This document shows positions 24,462-36,745 of a stretch of DNA of 64,000 nt, piece after piece (position 1 is the first letter of the stretch; each line of letters begins with the position of its first letter). The translations under genes and the position numbers were made by a program. Origin of the DNA: Bispira polyomma (taxonomy: Eukaryota); contig OZ287757.1 of assembly GCA_965649765.1 (NCBI GenBank), forward strand, positions 27,342,001 to 27,406,000, in the 5' to 3' direction. The notes under the pieces were generated by a model. It had not been told where the DNA came from and did no database searches. It was given only the letters and a program-made list of their open reading frames with translations.

Positions 24462-25580
24462 CTAACTGGTAGATGACTTAACATCGGTTGCACGTTTTGC
24501 AGAATTGGCCTTAACACACTTGAATTCCGGATGATTACTATCTCTGTTTAGTACGCGATGACAGTGACTGCAAATATGCCTGTACTGGCTGTGATCATTT
24601 TCATGTGAACATGTACCATTATTGTAATATTTGCAGATTGTTTTTGGTTTCTGTGATGACTGTGTTACCTGAGAATTAGCGAGCACTAGCTGGGAAGTGC
24701 TAAGCCTGTTTAGGGCCCATTGAGTAGTGTTATCCCATTTAAGCCGTCCCTCCTCCACTTCCTGCATGTTCAATGCCCATGCAGATCTGACAGCTGGCCA
24801 GGGGAGGGAGGCTGCATCCCTCAGCGAGAAAATTACCTGGTCAAGCATCTGTCGCATCACTGTATTATCAGATACTTGAGCAATGTTAAATAGTTGGCCA
24901 GCAGCCCACTGGGGGAGAGATAGGTCGTCGTACTGAGGGCACTTCCGTGCCGTTCCACCGAGCCAACCTTCGTTGGCCCAGCGAGACTGAGGGTCAGCGC
25001 TGCAAATGTCCGTGGTATTAAATCTGCCGGATTTCTGGCGCAAAGATGGCTTACCTTGAGATAGGTCCTGGCGGAGTTGTACATCATAGGCAGCCAGTCT
25101 CTGGTTAACCGCTGCTGTTACTTCAGGTATTGACTTAAGGACGTCAGGTCGGGGTATAATAGCATCCCGTTGGTAGTCCATATGCGCCGTCACCGGAGGG
25201 ATTCCGGGCAACTGTTGAGTGAAAGCCTGAGGTTGAAGTAAAGCCGAGGTCCGTGGCTGCACATGTAAACCCAAATCCAGAACTGTGTCGTTTCTCGCCG
25301 GGTAGTGGGGTGAGTTCAGTGGTGTGGAGTTGCGCGACCCCCTTGTTTCGACCTCATCTAGCCGCTTGGTTATAGAAGCATTCGCTGACTCAAGTTTCCG
25401 GAGTATGTTCATTACCTCAAACATATCGCCTGACCTAGTAGCCTCCCCTTCTGATAACGGAACATTCAAGTTCTTTGCCACCAGATCGGATGATTTTGTT
25501 ATTGCCTTACGTGTACCTACAGATGTCTTCTTCTTTAAAGGCACACTACTTGGCGTTTTGGTTTGCTTTGTCCTTCCCAT
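24462..25580 (-). CDS. gag-like ORF1 of the Ngaro-type element, 372 aa, C-terminal Cys/His zinc-finger cluster
   Basis: Located after A1; KSGR, YDDLSLPQWAAG, W..VRSAW, CKYYNNGTC..H..HICSHC..H..C typical of YR-retroelement ORF1. Confidence 0.88.
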   Translation of the reverse strand: MGRTKQTKTPSSVPLKKKTSVGTRKAITKSSDLVAKNLNVPLSEGEATRSGDMFEVMNILRKLESANASITKRLDEVETRGSRNSTPLNSPHYPARNDTVLDLGLHVQPRTSALLQPQAFTQQLPGIPPVTAHMDYQRDAIIPRPDVLKSIPEVTAAVNQRLAAYDVQLRQDLSQGKPSLRQKSGRFNTTDICSADPQSRWANEGWLGGTARKCPQYDDLSLPQWAAGQLFNIAQVSDNTVMRQMLDQVIFSLRDAASLPWPAVRSAWALNMQEVEEGRLKWDNTTQWALNRLSTSQLVLANSQVTQSSQKPKTICKYYNNGTCSHENDHSQYRHICSHCHRVLNRDSNHPEFKCVKANSAKRATDVKSSTS

Positions 25581-25666
25581 AGTGTATAACGAGGACTAGA
25601 ATACTTAAAACTCATATAAAAACAAATAAAACTTTAAAAAAAACAACAGTAGATTGAATTAATGTA

Positions 25667-25884
25667 AATTTTCATAAAATGGGTGTTTACCCTTGGAATA
25701 TCTTTTCCAAAAATGGAGAATGTGTGAGGGAGTGCACACGCTAATTCAGGGGGGTCTGTTCACTAATTGGATACATAATTAATTAGGGAAGGAAAATTTT
25801 CAAAACAAGAATAGTTTTACAAAAGTGGAAATGGACAGGAGGGCAACTGAGGCAGCAGTCCCCTAAAGTGGACTGCTGGGCACA
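25667..25884 (-). repeat. Split direct repeat A1 (5' end of the element)
   Basis: 218 bp match to A2. Confidence 0.93.
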
Positions 25885-27720
25885 CCACCGAGGCCCATGG
25901 CTTAGTTCCTCTGAATACACTGTATCGCCATCTAGAACTATGTAACACTGACTTAGTCTGTATAAATCTTTAGAATCATAACTAAGACTCCCCCAACAGA
26001 AGAATATAAAAAAGGGAATTGCATAAATCTTATAATTACTGTAAAAGTGGGAACATTTAGTTGATACTAAAACTCCATTCAAATATAAAAATACCACAAT
26101 ATTTAAAACTAGGCCACTTGAGGTTGACTGGTTTACTCCTTTTTAAATAAAACCTGAGTTGTTTGCTTTCTCTCAATGTTCTTCTATATCAAAGTCAATA
26201 TATATAAGAGGGCTGTTTAATCCATTTGGCTAGTATGTTTACTAATACCCCTGTTCCACTATGGCGATTGAACCCCCAACGGTTGCAATTATGCATTCAG
26301 GGGCATAATTGTGGAGGTCATGGAGGTAGGACGACTTATCTTTAGTATTCGGGACAAATGTTTACCAACCAATGACTTACCTTTTTATATCGGCCACTCC
26401 TAGGACCATAATCGCAGGAAAACGGACAAAAATCATAAATTTCACCTCAAACAGCAGTAGGAGTCGCCACTCGGGAGCGCCGACAGACTTATTTGTATGA
26501 AGTTGTGGTGGGATTAAGACTTATCCTTTATCCTTTTAAGTTAAGACTTATCTATTTAAGGATATGACTTATTTTTAGGCCCTCCCAACTTATCTTTTCA
26601 ATCTTTGCATTCAAATTTATGCAAATTTTTCCACCCTTTTTGTAAAAAATGCCTCCCAAATTACCAAGATAATACAATCGGCCCCTTTCCCTGACTAGTC
26701 TTGATAGTGAAATAGTACCATAATAAAAAAAAATACGTACAATTTGTCCACGAGGGGAGTTGTTTGTTTATGGAAAGTCTCAAACTGTTTTCTTTTACCA
26801 TATATGACCATTTAAGCACATGTCCCCCTAATTATATCACCCCTTCTTTAGATGTAATATATTAGACCCTTGGGGTGCTTTTTAGGGAAGAATAACAAGT
26901 GACTCCAATGTACATACATACATGTCAGGTGCACGACAAGAGCTTTAGAAACTGGTGATTGGGGTTAAATCAGCCATTACTAAACACACAATTGGCATAA
27001 ATCATGACAAAAATAGCCTTGTAATAACTAATGTATCTTATTCATGAGTCGAAGAAAGCATTATCATTTAGACTCTTCAATCTACATGCAACAGATATAT
27101 CAGGGCAAAAAGAGAAGTTTAAAAATATGAAAGACATTACCGATAGAGCTCAATTAAAAGATAGCACTAAAGTAAAAAAAAACTCTTAATGTAAGGATTA
27201 AGTAATTTTTATACTTTTAGTAATTACACTTTAAAGTAAGCCTTGGTAAGACTGGAGTAAGAAAGATTTTTCTTGTATTGGTGTGGTATAAACACCAAAC
27301 ACAATGTATGTTTGTAAAGGTTTTGGATCTATAGCCGATAGATCATACATGTTTTTAGTTAGTATTGGTCTTGCACTATTGATAAAATGTTTTTTTCTCT
27401 AGTCTTAAGATTTATATATTATTGGTGTAAAATAAGGAAGGTGCTTGAATACTATGACAATATATATTAGAAATATATGGTAGAGGATAAAGCCACTGAG
27501 GTAATACTCTATATATGTATATATACAGATTTATACTTTATATTGCTAAATGTGCCCAAATTTATGTTTTATATTACTCAATGTATCGTATATTATCTTA
27601 AATTGTGTTCTTATAGACAACACCATTTCTGGCCATGGTGTAACGCCTTGACATTGACTTCATTTAAAGTCAGATCAATCTGCTAATTTTTTCTCAAATA
27701 GATTTTACTTGTTATAATAT

Positions 27721-30237
27721 TTTTTTTTTTTTTTTTAAACTTTTAACTGTCTACAATAGGTAAAACAAACTTAATAATCAAAACAAATAAAATCAATAAC
27801 AAGTACAAAGTAACGAATATAAGTAACTTAGCAATCAAATAACCATTACAAATGGCAGAGTGGTCATTTATATACATATAGTGCATTATTACAAAATGAT
27901 TAAAAGCGATAGTTTGTTTAAATTTATCTTATTGCTCATCTTTACTAAAAACTGACCAGAGCTAACAGAATTTATCATATTCAATCTTAACTTTAGAAAA
28001 ATATTCCTGATCTGTATATATTCTTATAAAAACAGGACTGAAATACATATATATCTAAGTTTTTAAACACCTTCGAACATTTATAAATGTAATTTTTCTC
28101 CGCAAGAATAATAACATTTTTGGGGAAATGATCAAAGCCTTTCTCAATGTCTCCAAATATAATAAATTTTGGACTAAGTTCCAAAAATAAGCCATAACTT
28201 GACTGAGCCTAGGTCTTAATGTTTTTCCAAAATTGTTCAACTTTCGGACACAAAGTGAAAAGACGCAGTATTGTTTCTTCAGAGACCTTACAAAAACTGT
28301 AAATTTGGTTGTCGCTCAAATTGAACATGTAAAGATATTTCCGTGTTCCAAGAATTCTCTGCAATATTGTAAACTGGAACTATATTAAATCATTTCTTTT
28401 TATAGTTTTAAAGCAAATTCTATATATTGTTTGCCAGTCCTTTTGATTGATTTCTGAATTTAAGGTGCCCTTTTATTTATTCTTAAGTTTTACATTGTCA
28501 TACTTGCTATTTAGTATTTTATAAAATTTTTCGGCTACCTTTGGTAGGACTAATTTATATTTTAATTTAATTTGAATACCATCTTATTCGATAATAATCT
28601 AAAAAATTTGCATTGATATTATAAGATATTTTTATCTCCTCTTGCGTCATCACAGTGCCATCATATTTTATTATATCTAGTGGTGTTGTAATTCCAGAAG
28701 AGTACCAATGTGAGTAAAACAGAGGTTTTTGGGAAATTTTGGGATTGTACCATAGAGGACAGAGAAATGCTTCAGTATGATTTATAGTTATTTTATATTG
28801 GACCGATAACAGAGAAATTGGCCTCCAATTTTTTAAATATTCACGTGGTTTTCCCCTTTTAGGATACAGCAGATAATACATGTCCTTAGTGACACCAATA
28901 GTTTGCCAAATTTGTATGCATAGTTCATTGCTCTCTGAACAAAATATTTCAACTTTGACAAAAAACTTTGCAAAAATTCTGCTGGTAGACCATCTACTCC
29001 AGGACATTGTTTTTCATTTGTTTAAGTGCCTGGCTCATTTCATTTAATTCAAGTTCACCTTCTAGGGTGTTTGATTCCATAATTGATAATTTCCTAGTGT
29101 CCAATTCTTTAAAAACATCATCAAATTTAATTTTATTGTGTGAAATCTTTTTATTTTTGGAAAACAAGTCTGCATAGAAATTACGAATCTCTTCTATACA
29201 TGTAATAGTCTTTTCTGTATGGTGATATTTTTCCAAGGAACAAAAGAATCTGGTTGGCCTTTCTCCTTCATTAGGCCATTGAGTTCACACCCTAATAGCA
29301 CTACCCTGCATTTTTTGTTGTCTAATTGTTTCCAATTCTTTCTTTTTATCATCCAAAATATCGGAGAGGCCTTTGTATGCAGCATTGTGTTCAAGATGTT
29401 CAATGTCTTTTATAAACTTTTTTCAAGCTCAAGCTGCTCCTTTTTGCGAAAGCTTGCAAATTTGATGGTGTCGCCTTTAACTCTTAACATTAACATTTCC
29501 AAGAATTGCCCATCATTTATTGTGAATTTAATATCATTTTCTGAGATATACTCTATAAATTGTAGATCATATACTGGTAGAGCATATTTATGCATTTCTT
29601 TCTTTAAAATACAATTTATTAAATCTACATATTCCTTATCTTGTAAAAGGTTACAATTTAATTTCCAGAGTCCCTTTCCTCTTACAAGTTTATTAAGCAG
29701 TATTTTTATTTGAATAATAGAATGATCACTCCTATAGCTAGAGTGTATTGAACAACTGTGTATAATGTCATGCATTTTATATGATACCAAGAAGTAGTCT
29801 AGCCTGGCTTGTCTCATAGGGTTTTTCCTTCTCCAGGTATATCTCTTAAAGTTAGGATGAAATGAACGAAACGTGTCCTTCAGACCAAAGTTATTCATAA
29901 TATCAAGAAGTTTTCTTGACCTAGGATTATTTATATGCTTATAACCCTCACTATCAAGGAATGGATCCAATGTCATATGTAAATCCCCACAAATTATTAC
30001 GTATGTTTTAGTATTTGAAACCAAAAGTTCCTTGACCTTCATAAAGAAAGCGGCCGAGTCTTTGTTGGGGGAATATACGTTAATCAGTTTTACCTGTATA
30101 TTACTAAAGTTTAGGTCAATTGATATGATATTACCATTATCATCCTTATATTCTGGCTCAAGTTTATATTCAAAGTTGTGTTAAATAAGATGGCAACACC
30201 CCTTGAGTTTGAAGTTTTACCATTTAGAATACAGTTA
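27721..30237 (-). mobile_element. 5'-truncated, internally deleted L1/Tx1-group LINE with poly(A) tail and 15-bp TSD
   Basis: TSD tacttgttataatat at 27706-27720 and 30238-30252; T17 tail; APE motifs SNSRGVAIL, ICGD, ARLDYFLVS, SDH; RT LKNWRPISLL; 3' C..C..ET..HLF-like region. Confidence 0.9.
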
Positions 30238-30375
30238 TACTTGTTATAATATTAATTGAAATACATTTCAGAAATGGAAAATAATAACGTTATTTATAGG
30301 ACATAAGTAGATTGTACTCGTTATAATATAAATTAAAATACATTTCAGAAATGGAAAATAATAACGTTATTCATA
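30238..30375. repeat. ~77-bp local tandem duplication
   Basis: gttataatat...aaatacatttcagaaatggaaaataataacgttatt occurs twice. Confidence 0.8.
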
Positions 30376-30779
30376 AAATATAAAAGTTTGATAGAAAAAA
30401 CATATGTCTGTCACAATGCCTTGCAGGTACACATAATGAAAATAATCATATTTATATAGTGTTAATGTTACATGTTATACTGCTCTGTATCAGTAGGTCA
30501 AAAATGTTTACTGCTCCAGAACTAGGTGTACAGATATAGGACCGGAAAAGCATATCATACACTTAGAAGGTTTGTGTATTTTATGACACTGCACATATAT
30601 AGGCAGATTGATATCCTTTGATTAACTGCACTATTCTTAATATTCTATACTGTTACTGTTGGTGCCATTAGTCGGTGGAACAGTTGTTAAAGGTAGGATG
30701 TTAAAATGTAATCAACCACAATAGTCTATCCCATATCTTTTTATAACGGTTCAATTCCATAAAAATATAGATTGACACA

Positions 30780-32270
30780 TTGAAGTTTAGTGTTCCATAT
30801 TGCATGTTTCTTAAATTCCCACATGCTTGTACTTAACTTTCTTTAAAAACTCTATAAAAAATTATATAATATATGTTATCTTTTGGAATTTAAACTGAAT
30901 ATATAGGTTATGCTAAGTGAATAGTTTACAATTATTTTACTTATGCATATGAGAGCATTATTGATAGTACACTCACACAGTGACATCTTCTACGACACCC
31001 ACTACTTCTTGTTACCTTTCATTTACAGTTGTATTATGTAACAGGAATATATATTCTTTCATAATACATTCATGTGATACCACTAGACTATTTAAGTTTG
31101 GGTTTAACGTCACTGTCAACAGAGGGTAGTTTGTCAAGGTTTTCTTATCTGCCAGCAACCAGTCTTCAGTAATTCTACTGCCAGCCTTCCCACATACACC
31201 CTAGAGCCAAGATTCAAACCCACAACAGCAGTTGTAGAGGACAGTGTATTACCACTACACCACAGAAGTCCCTAACTTAGTTATCTGTCTGCATATAGAA
31301 CTTTGTAACATTAAGTTATCTGCTTATCCCAAATCTTTGTGATCAAAACTAATTGAAGAATGATGCACTTTATTTACCATTAATGTAAAGTTCCCCGAAA
31401 TTCCCCAAGATGAATACAGAAGAAAGAAAATTGCATCACTATCCTAATTACCATAAAACTTGGAAATTTTGCTATCACCCCATTTTAGGTATTTTTACTA
31501 ATTAGTTGGAGCAGTACAATTTTTTTCCCAGTTACAATTTAAATGTATCCTCTTTTAATAGTAAAATTTAAATATGGGAAAATAATATTTATGTGGGTTT
31601 TGAGGAATTGCAATTTAATGATATTTGCTTTTTACTAACATTCAATTCAAATAGAAGAATACTATGACATATAAAACTAAGGCACTGGTGGTTAGCTGGT
31701 TTATTCTCTATAAATAGAACTTCAGTTTTTTACCTCGAAGTATATACAAATACGATGACTGTGTAATCCATATAGAAAGTCTGTTTGCTTTCGTGCCAAT
31801 TCATCCATAAATGGAGCTGTTTGTACAGCAAACATGTACAACTGTTTTTATGCTGTGTTTTTAACATTCAAGAAAACATATTAACCAGTTGAACAAATCT
31901 ACATGAAACAGATATATCAGGACAGAGATTTTTTCTTCAGTCATAAAATGTATATGCTATTTGTGTAAAATAAGAAAGTGACTGACTACTTTGATAGTTG
32001 GATACAATAGAAAAATATGATAGAGGATAAAGCCACTCAGGTAATACTTTGAAATGCTTTGTTAAATATACACATATAGCTTATAATAAAATGTGTCTGA
32101 TACTGTTCATCCTAGATTGTGTTCCCAAACATAAAGCTGTTTCTGGCCGTTCTATTACATTTTTTAACAAACTGTATATCAACCTTATTCAAAGCCAGGT
32201 AACTCTTTAATTTTTTTCTCAAATAGATTTTACTATTTTAAATACATTTCTACACTACCACTCTGAGCTA
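30780..32270 (+). repeat. Segmental duplication block upstream of gene B, paralogous to ~18820-19655 + 25885-27720 and ~52500-53760
   Basis: Shared anchors such as ccatattgcatgtttctta (18839, 30795), the same SINE, and tagaggataaagcca (27481, 32021, 53468). Ends approximate. Confidence 0.75.
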
Positions 32271-33689
32271 ACCAGTAATCATCGATATTGCAAATCGTAA
32301 AATAAAAATGTTGTACATAAGACACACCTTATTTTTTTGTTTATATAATTTTCCAGTACCACATGTAATATGGATCAGTATCAGTTGCTTAAAAAATGTA
32401 CTAAAAATGTATACTGACAAGATGACTCTTCTGAACAAGGTTTACTTTTATACACATTTTTACGGCCCAAAACGTCACCGGAAGTGAGGTAACTGGCTGT
32501 TTTACAGGCGGTCTTGCCTTTCTGGCATGTCCACAAGGCAAATCTCGGTAGTGGTTGGTCGCTCTGGCCTGAAATTGGGGACAAATATAGATTTTGGGCT
32601 CTAGAGATTTTTGGGGGGCTTGATAGGAATAACAAATCTGCAAATATTGGGCTTTTCTGAGATTTGCGGGTGTGTCCACCTCAATTTGTCAATCACGGAA
32701 GCCTCTCTTTAGAAACTGTTGTTGAAGGATGTGCTTCATTACCTTTTAATGACTCGCTGTAAAAAAGATTTATATTGGTCCACAGCTTGCCATCACTGGC
32801 GTCACCATGTTCTCATGTTTATTAAGACAGCAGCATACTTCCTCTGTGTTGTTCCGGAAATGTTTGAAATTGTGACGATACCTTCTAATCATCAGAGCTT
32901 CCTTGGGCGCACCCGAGGAGACAGCACTATCTACCAGTTCCATTATTTCGACTTAATTCTTGGCAGTTACATGTGGTTTGTACTAAGGACGTGTCACATG
33001 CTTAAATAAAAACAATTGATTGTGTTTGTAAACAAGATTTGCTATTTGCATCCCTGTTGCAGGTTTCAAAAGGAACATATATATATATATATGACAAACA
33101 TTAGGTTTGGGAAGATACATAACATATATATTCATACTTTGGTTTCTGCTGAAGGGATTATAAAATTTGCCTCCATATGAAATTCGCCACCTAGAAAATG
33201 TTGTGTTTTGGTTAGAATTGAGGTTAATATTTACTTCAACTGAGATTTTTATAACTAATTTGCCTTCCTTACCAGTTATTTTTCGCCAATTTGTATTTAT
33301 TTAGCTTAAATTTTAGTGGTGGCGAATTTCAATTAGAGCGGTGAATTTTCAATTCCTTACTATTTAAAAAAAGAAAGAAACTGAGAACGAAAAAATACAG
33401 ACGCTGTAATAGGAGTATTTTCAAAGGATAAAAATTATCCATTTTACAGAAGCTATATCTGTCACAATATGAATAAATGAGCTCAGAAATGGACTGGGTG
33501 TCAGTTAGTGCTAGCTTCTAATGCGAGAGAAATTTTTGTTTTTCATTTGGTAACTATTATAGTTGAACTTTGTGTACCAGCATGTGTGTGACGGTTATTT
33601 CTTTGCAAACAGTATATGAAATAAAAGTGCTTTTCACAGTATGTTACTGTGGTTGGTAGTACTGAGGATGTGTTTCCTGGTTTAACATA

Positions 33690-34491
33690 TTGATTTAATT
33701 TGTTTGTAAAACAAGATTTACCCTTTGAGTCAAGTCGACAAATATATATTTTTTATTTTTTTTTAAGTTATAGGTAGACAGGTCAAGAGACAGACAAATA
33801 GCTTTTTTGTAACATATAGGATGACAGATAGACAGATAACTTTTGTTTATTTTACTTAAAAGATATTTTTTTTCTAACTTACAGGTCGACAGATCTTTTT
33901 TGTACGTTATTGGTAAACAGGTCGACATATAGACAGATAATTGTTTTTTAAGTTATAGGTTGATAGATAGATCTCTTTTTTTGTAACTTATAGCTTGAAA
34001 GGTCGACAGATAATTTTTTTAATTTTGTATTTAGGTTGACAGGTCAACAGGTAGACAGATAATTGTGTTTTAAGTTTTAGGAAGACAGGTTGACATAATT
34101 TTTTTTTAACTTATAGGTTGACAGGTCAACAGATCAATTTTTACATTTATTTTTAGGTAGACAGGTTGACAAGTCGACAGGTAGACAGATACTAAAAAAA
34201 ATAAGTTATAGGTAAACAGTTTGACAGATAATTTTTTTTTTGTAACTTATAAGTTGACAGATCAACAGATATTTTGTTATTTTACTTTTAGATAGACATG
34301 TCGACAGATTGACAATTGGTTTTTTTTGGATTATAGGTAGACAGGTCGACAAAAAATTTTTAATTTTGTAACTTATAGGTTCACAGATAGACAGATAATA
34401 TTGGTTTACTTTACTTTTAGGTAGACAGGTCAACAGATAGACACATATCGTTGAGAAATGTGACCGCTTCAGCGGTCACTGCCTTCTTGTT
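33690..34491 (+). mobile_element. Non-autonomous Helentron/HINE-like element with degenerate minisatellite (taggtagacaggtcgacagat-type units)
   Basis: Array followed by the perfect hairpin GTGACCGC-TTCA-GCGGTCAC (34460-34479) and a CTTGTT end. The repeat is certain; the family call is inference. Confidence 0.55.
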
Positions 34492-35139
34492 AAATGCTAT
34501 TTGTTTTCCAAATAAAGGTAATTCTTCAAGTCTACCACTATATATTGCATATTAGTCGGATGAGATGGGCATTTGGCTTTGCGTTTTGGGATGTACCGTT
34601 ATTTTCTATTGTTATCTCTGCATAATCCTATGACCATGCACACAAATATTACAAAACGAAGACAAAATAAAGGTAGACTTGCAAACAATTGCTTATATTT
34701 CTGAAGTTTGTGCACCTATATGCAATAAATATGTCAGCGCATGAACTTGAATTAGGATTATACAAAAATTACATTTGTAAAAGTGCTGTTTTAGGTATAA
34801 AATATTATCTTTTGTGGGCGATAGCAGAAGTTAAGCCTTAATTAGCAATAAGTTTTGACATACACTTTTCCAGCATATTTCCAACCCATTCGCAGTATTT
34901 TCTACATCGGGTGATGTGGCCCCCAGGACCACTATATTTTTTTTTATTTAGTATAGTGACATGCACTTATGAATTTGTTTTACTTCAGCCTTTTAAGTAG
35001 TATTTATTTCTTGAAGATTATTTTAAGCTCTATGATTTAGAAGAATGATAGTGTACCCTGTTTTACTGCTTTGGAATAAATATAGGGGTGTAAAGTAACT
35101 TTCTCATATCACATGTTATCTCGCAAGGGGCAGTTCACT

Positions 35140-36745
35140 GGTGATAAAATCAGGACAGGGCTTTTGATCAAGATTTCTGTTCATCAAACCACCTGCTTTC
35201 AACTCTTCTACTAGTCTACTTTCTAATGCTACCTTCTTACATGTTACGGTTAGTTTCAAAGCCTAACTGTAAATTCAAATTTGTTATCGCAACACCACTA
35301 AAGCCCCTACTGCACAATATGATATTAAAGATAATTATAAACAATTTGGCATTCTGGTTGGGGTTTCTTCTGAGTGATCAAACTGAGCAGAATTCCAACT
35401 CAATACCTGATTGGTTGAAGCATAACATAACTAGGTTCATAGATATATGACTGAAAAAGCATATAATACACTTGGAAGGTATGTTTCAAAACATTACACA
35501 TCAATTGCAGATCAAAAATACATTCATTACAGATCAATTAAGTATATGGAATTGTTTAGCCATTCTTGTGTTCAATCTAATTATAGTAATGGTTGTTACT
35601 GTATGTAAATGTAAGTCTTTGGCTTTGAAAAATGATACAACTTTAAACAGTGATTTTATCTCTGCAGGGGTTGCAGCAGGTTTTGCTATTTAGTGTAGTG
35701 TAATTAGAGTATATATTAAAGGTTACAGATAAGAAATTGCTGTGACAACCCTAGCTAATGTTAATTCAACCCATTATATGGACCTTATTATGTTAAATCA
35801 GTCGCTGGAATAAAACCAATTGAATTAGATGTATGTAGGAAACAGGATTTCTTGATTTTCCACAAAGACATAGCTAATTAAAATATTATTGGAAACACTA
35901 CTATAGCCTAATTGGTAAAACAATCATTTAAAGCAAACATAATACCTTGGTTTTATCCCATCCTGGGGTTCCCAGCTAGGTGTAGATACACTGTTCTTAA
36001 TAGTAGAAGCTGAAATTAAGGGGTTTCTTTTTCTAAATGTTTAACCTCAAAGGTCATGAAGCTACAAGGGTGAAGCATAAACAGAGTGAAGTCTGACCAC
36101 AGTCCAAATATCCAGTTATGAATTAAGGTAATATAAGAATTTTGATCTTGAAGGTCGAATTTAAAAAGTTAAATAGTCAGCTATAAAATCAGGTAATACA
36201 GAAGAATGAAATTACTACTCTTGTAGTGGCTATGGGATCTCCACTACTGCCTAAAAGGATTTAGCTTTGATTGATTGATTTGAATTTGATTGATCAGTTA
36301 GTGATCAGTCAACTTGAGTAATTTGTTTATAAAATAGTGTAAGAAGGATAGAATTATATGAAATGAAATGCTATACACCTTTGGGGCTGTATCACCACTG
36401 GTGGCCTTAAAATGTCAGTCCGCTGCTTTCATTGGTGACAGGTTTGCATATGTTGGTAAACTCAAGTGCATGACTCCCTAGCTTGCTGATAGACAGCTGG
36501 GTGCATGCATTCATGCAGTGAAAAAAACCTAATTACCACAGACACCAAACAAATTTGTTAAACTGTTAATATGTCTCAATGTTTTCTGTAAAAGATGTAC
36601 ATAACATATTCTCCTTTTTTAACTAATCTATGATTTTTGTGTCAGATACTTACCGAAATGGATTCATCCAGGCCATACGATGACATGAATGTGACATCTG
36701 TGAAACCCACCTTATTTTCTATGACAAAAGGTACTTAGCTATATT
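35140..36745 (+). repeat. Segmental duplication: 5' region of gene B, paralogous to ~54520-56225 (gene C)
   Basis: Collinear anchors ttgatcaagatttctgttca, aaatgtaagtctttgg, aaggggtttcttttt, agttagtgatcagtc, acaccaaacaaatttgttaa, ggtacttagc. Confidence 0.85.

Larger units (their letters stand above)
19656..25884 (-). mobile_element. Nearly intact Ngaro-type (split direct repeat) tyrosine-recombinase retrotransposon, 6.2 kb
   Basis: A1-gag-RT/RNaseH-YR-B1-A2-spacer-B2 organisation; repeats nearly identical; ACA core at both ends and at the B1/A2 junction. Confidence 0.95.

Noticed and set aside
25324-25599. 91-aa ORF
   Set aside because: Antisense shadow of gag.
29219-29713. 164-aa + strand ORF
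   Set aside because: Antisense shadow of the LINE ORF2.
33690-34445. Repeat-spacer-like pattern as a CRISPR array
   Set aside because: Units are degenerate and of variable length with no unique spacers or cas genes; eukaryotic minisatellite.
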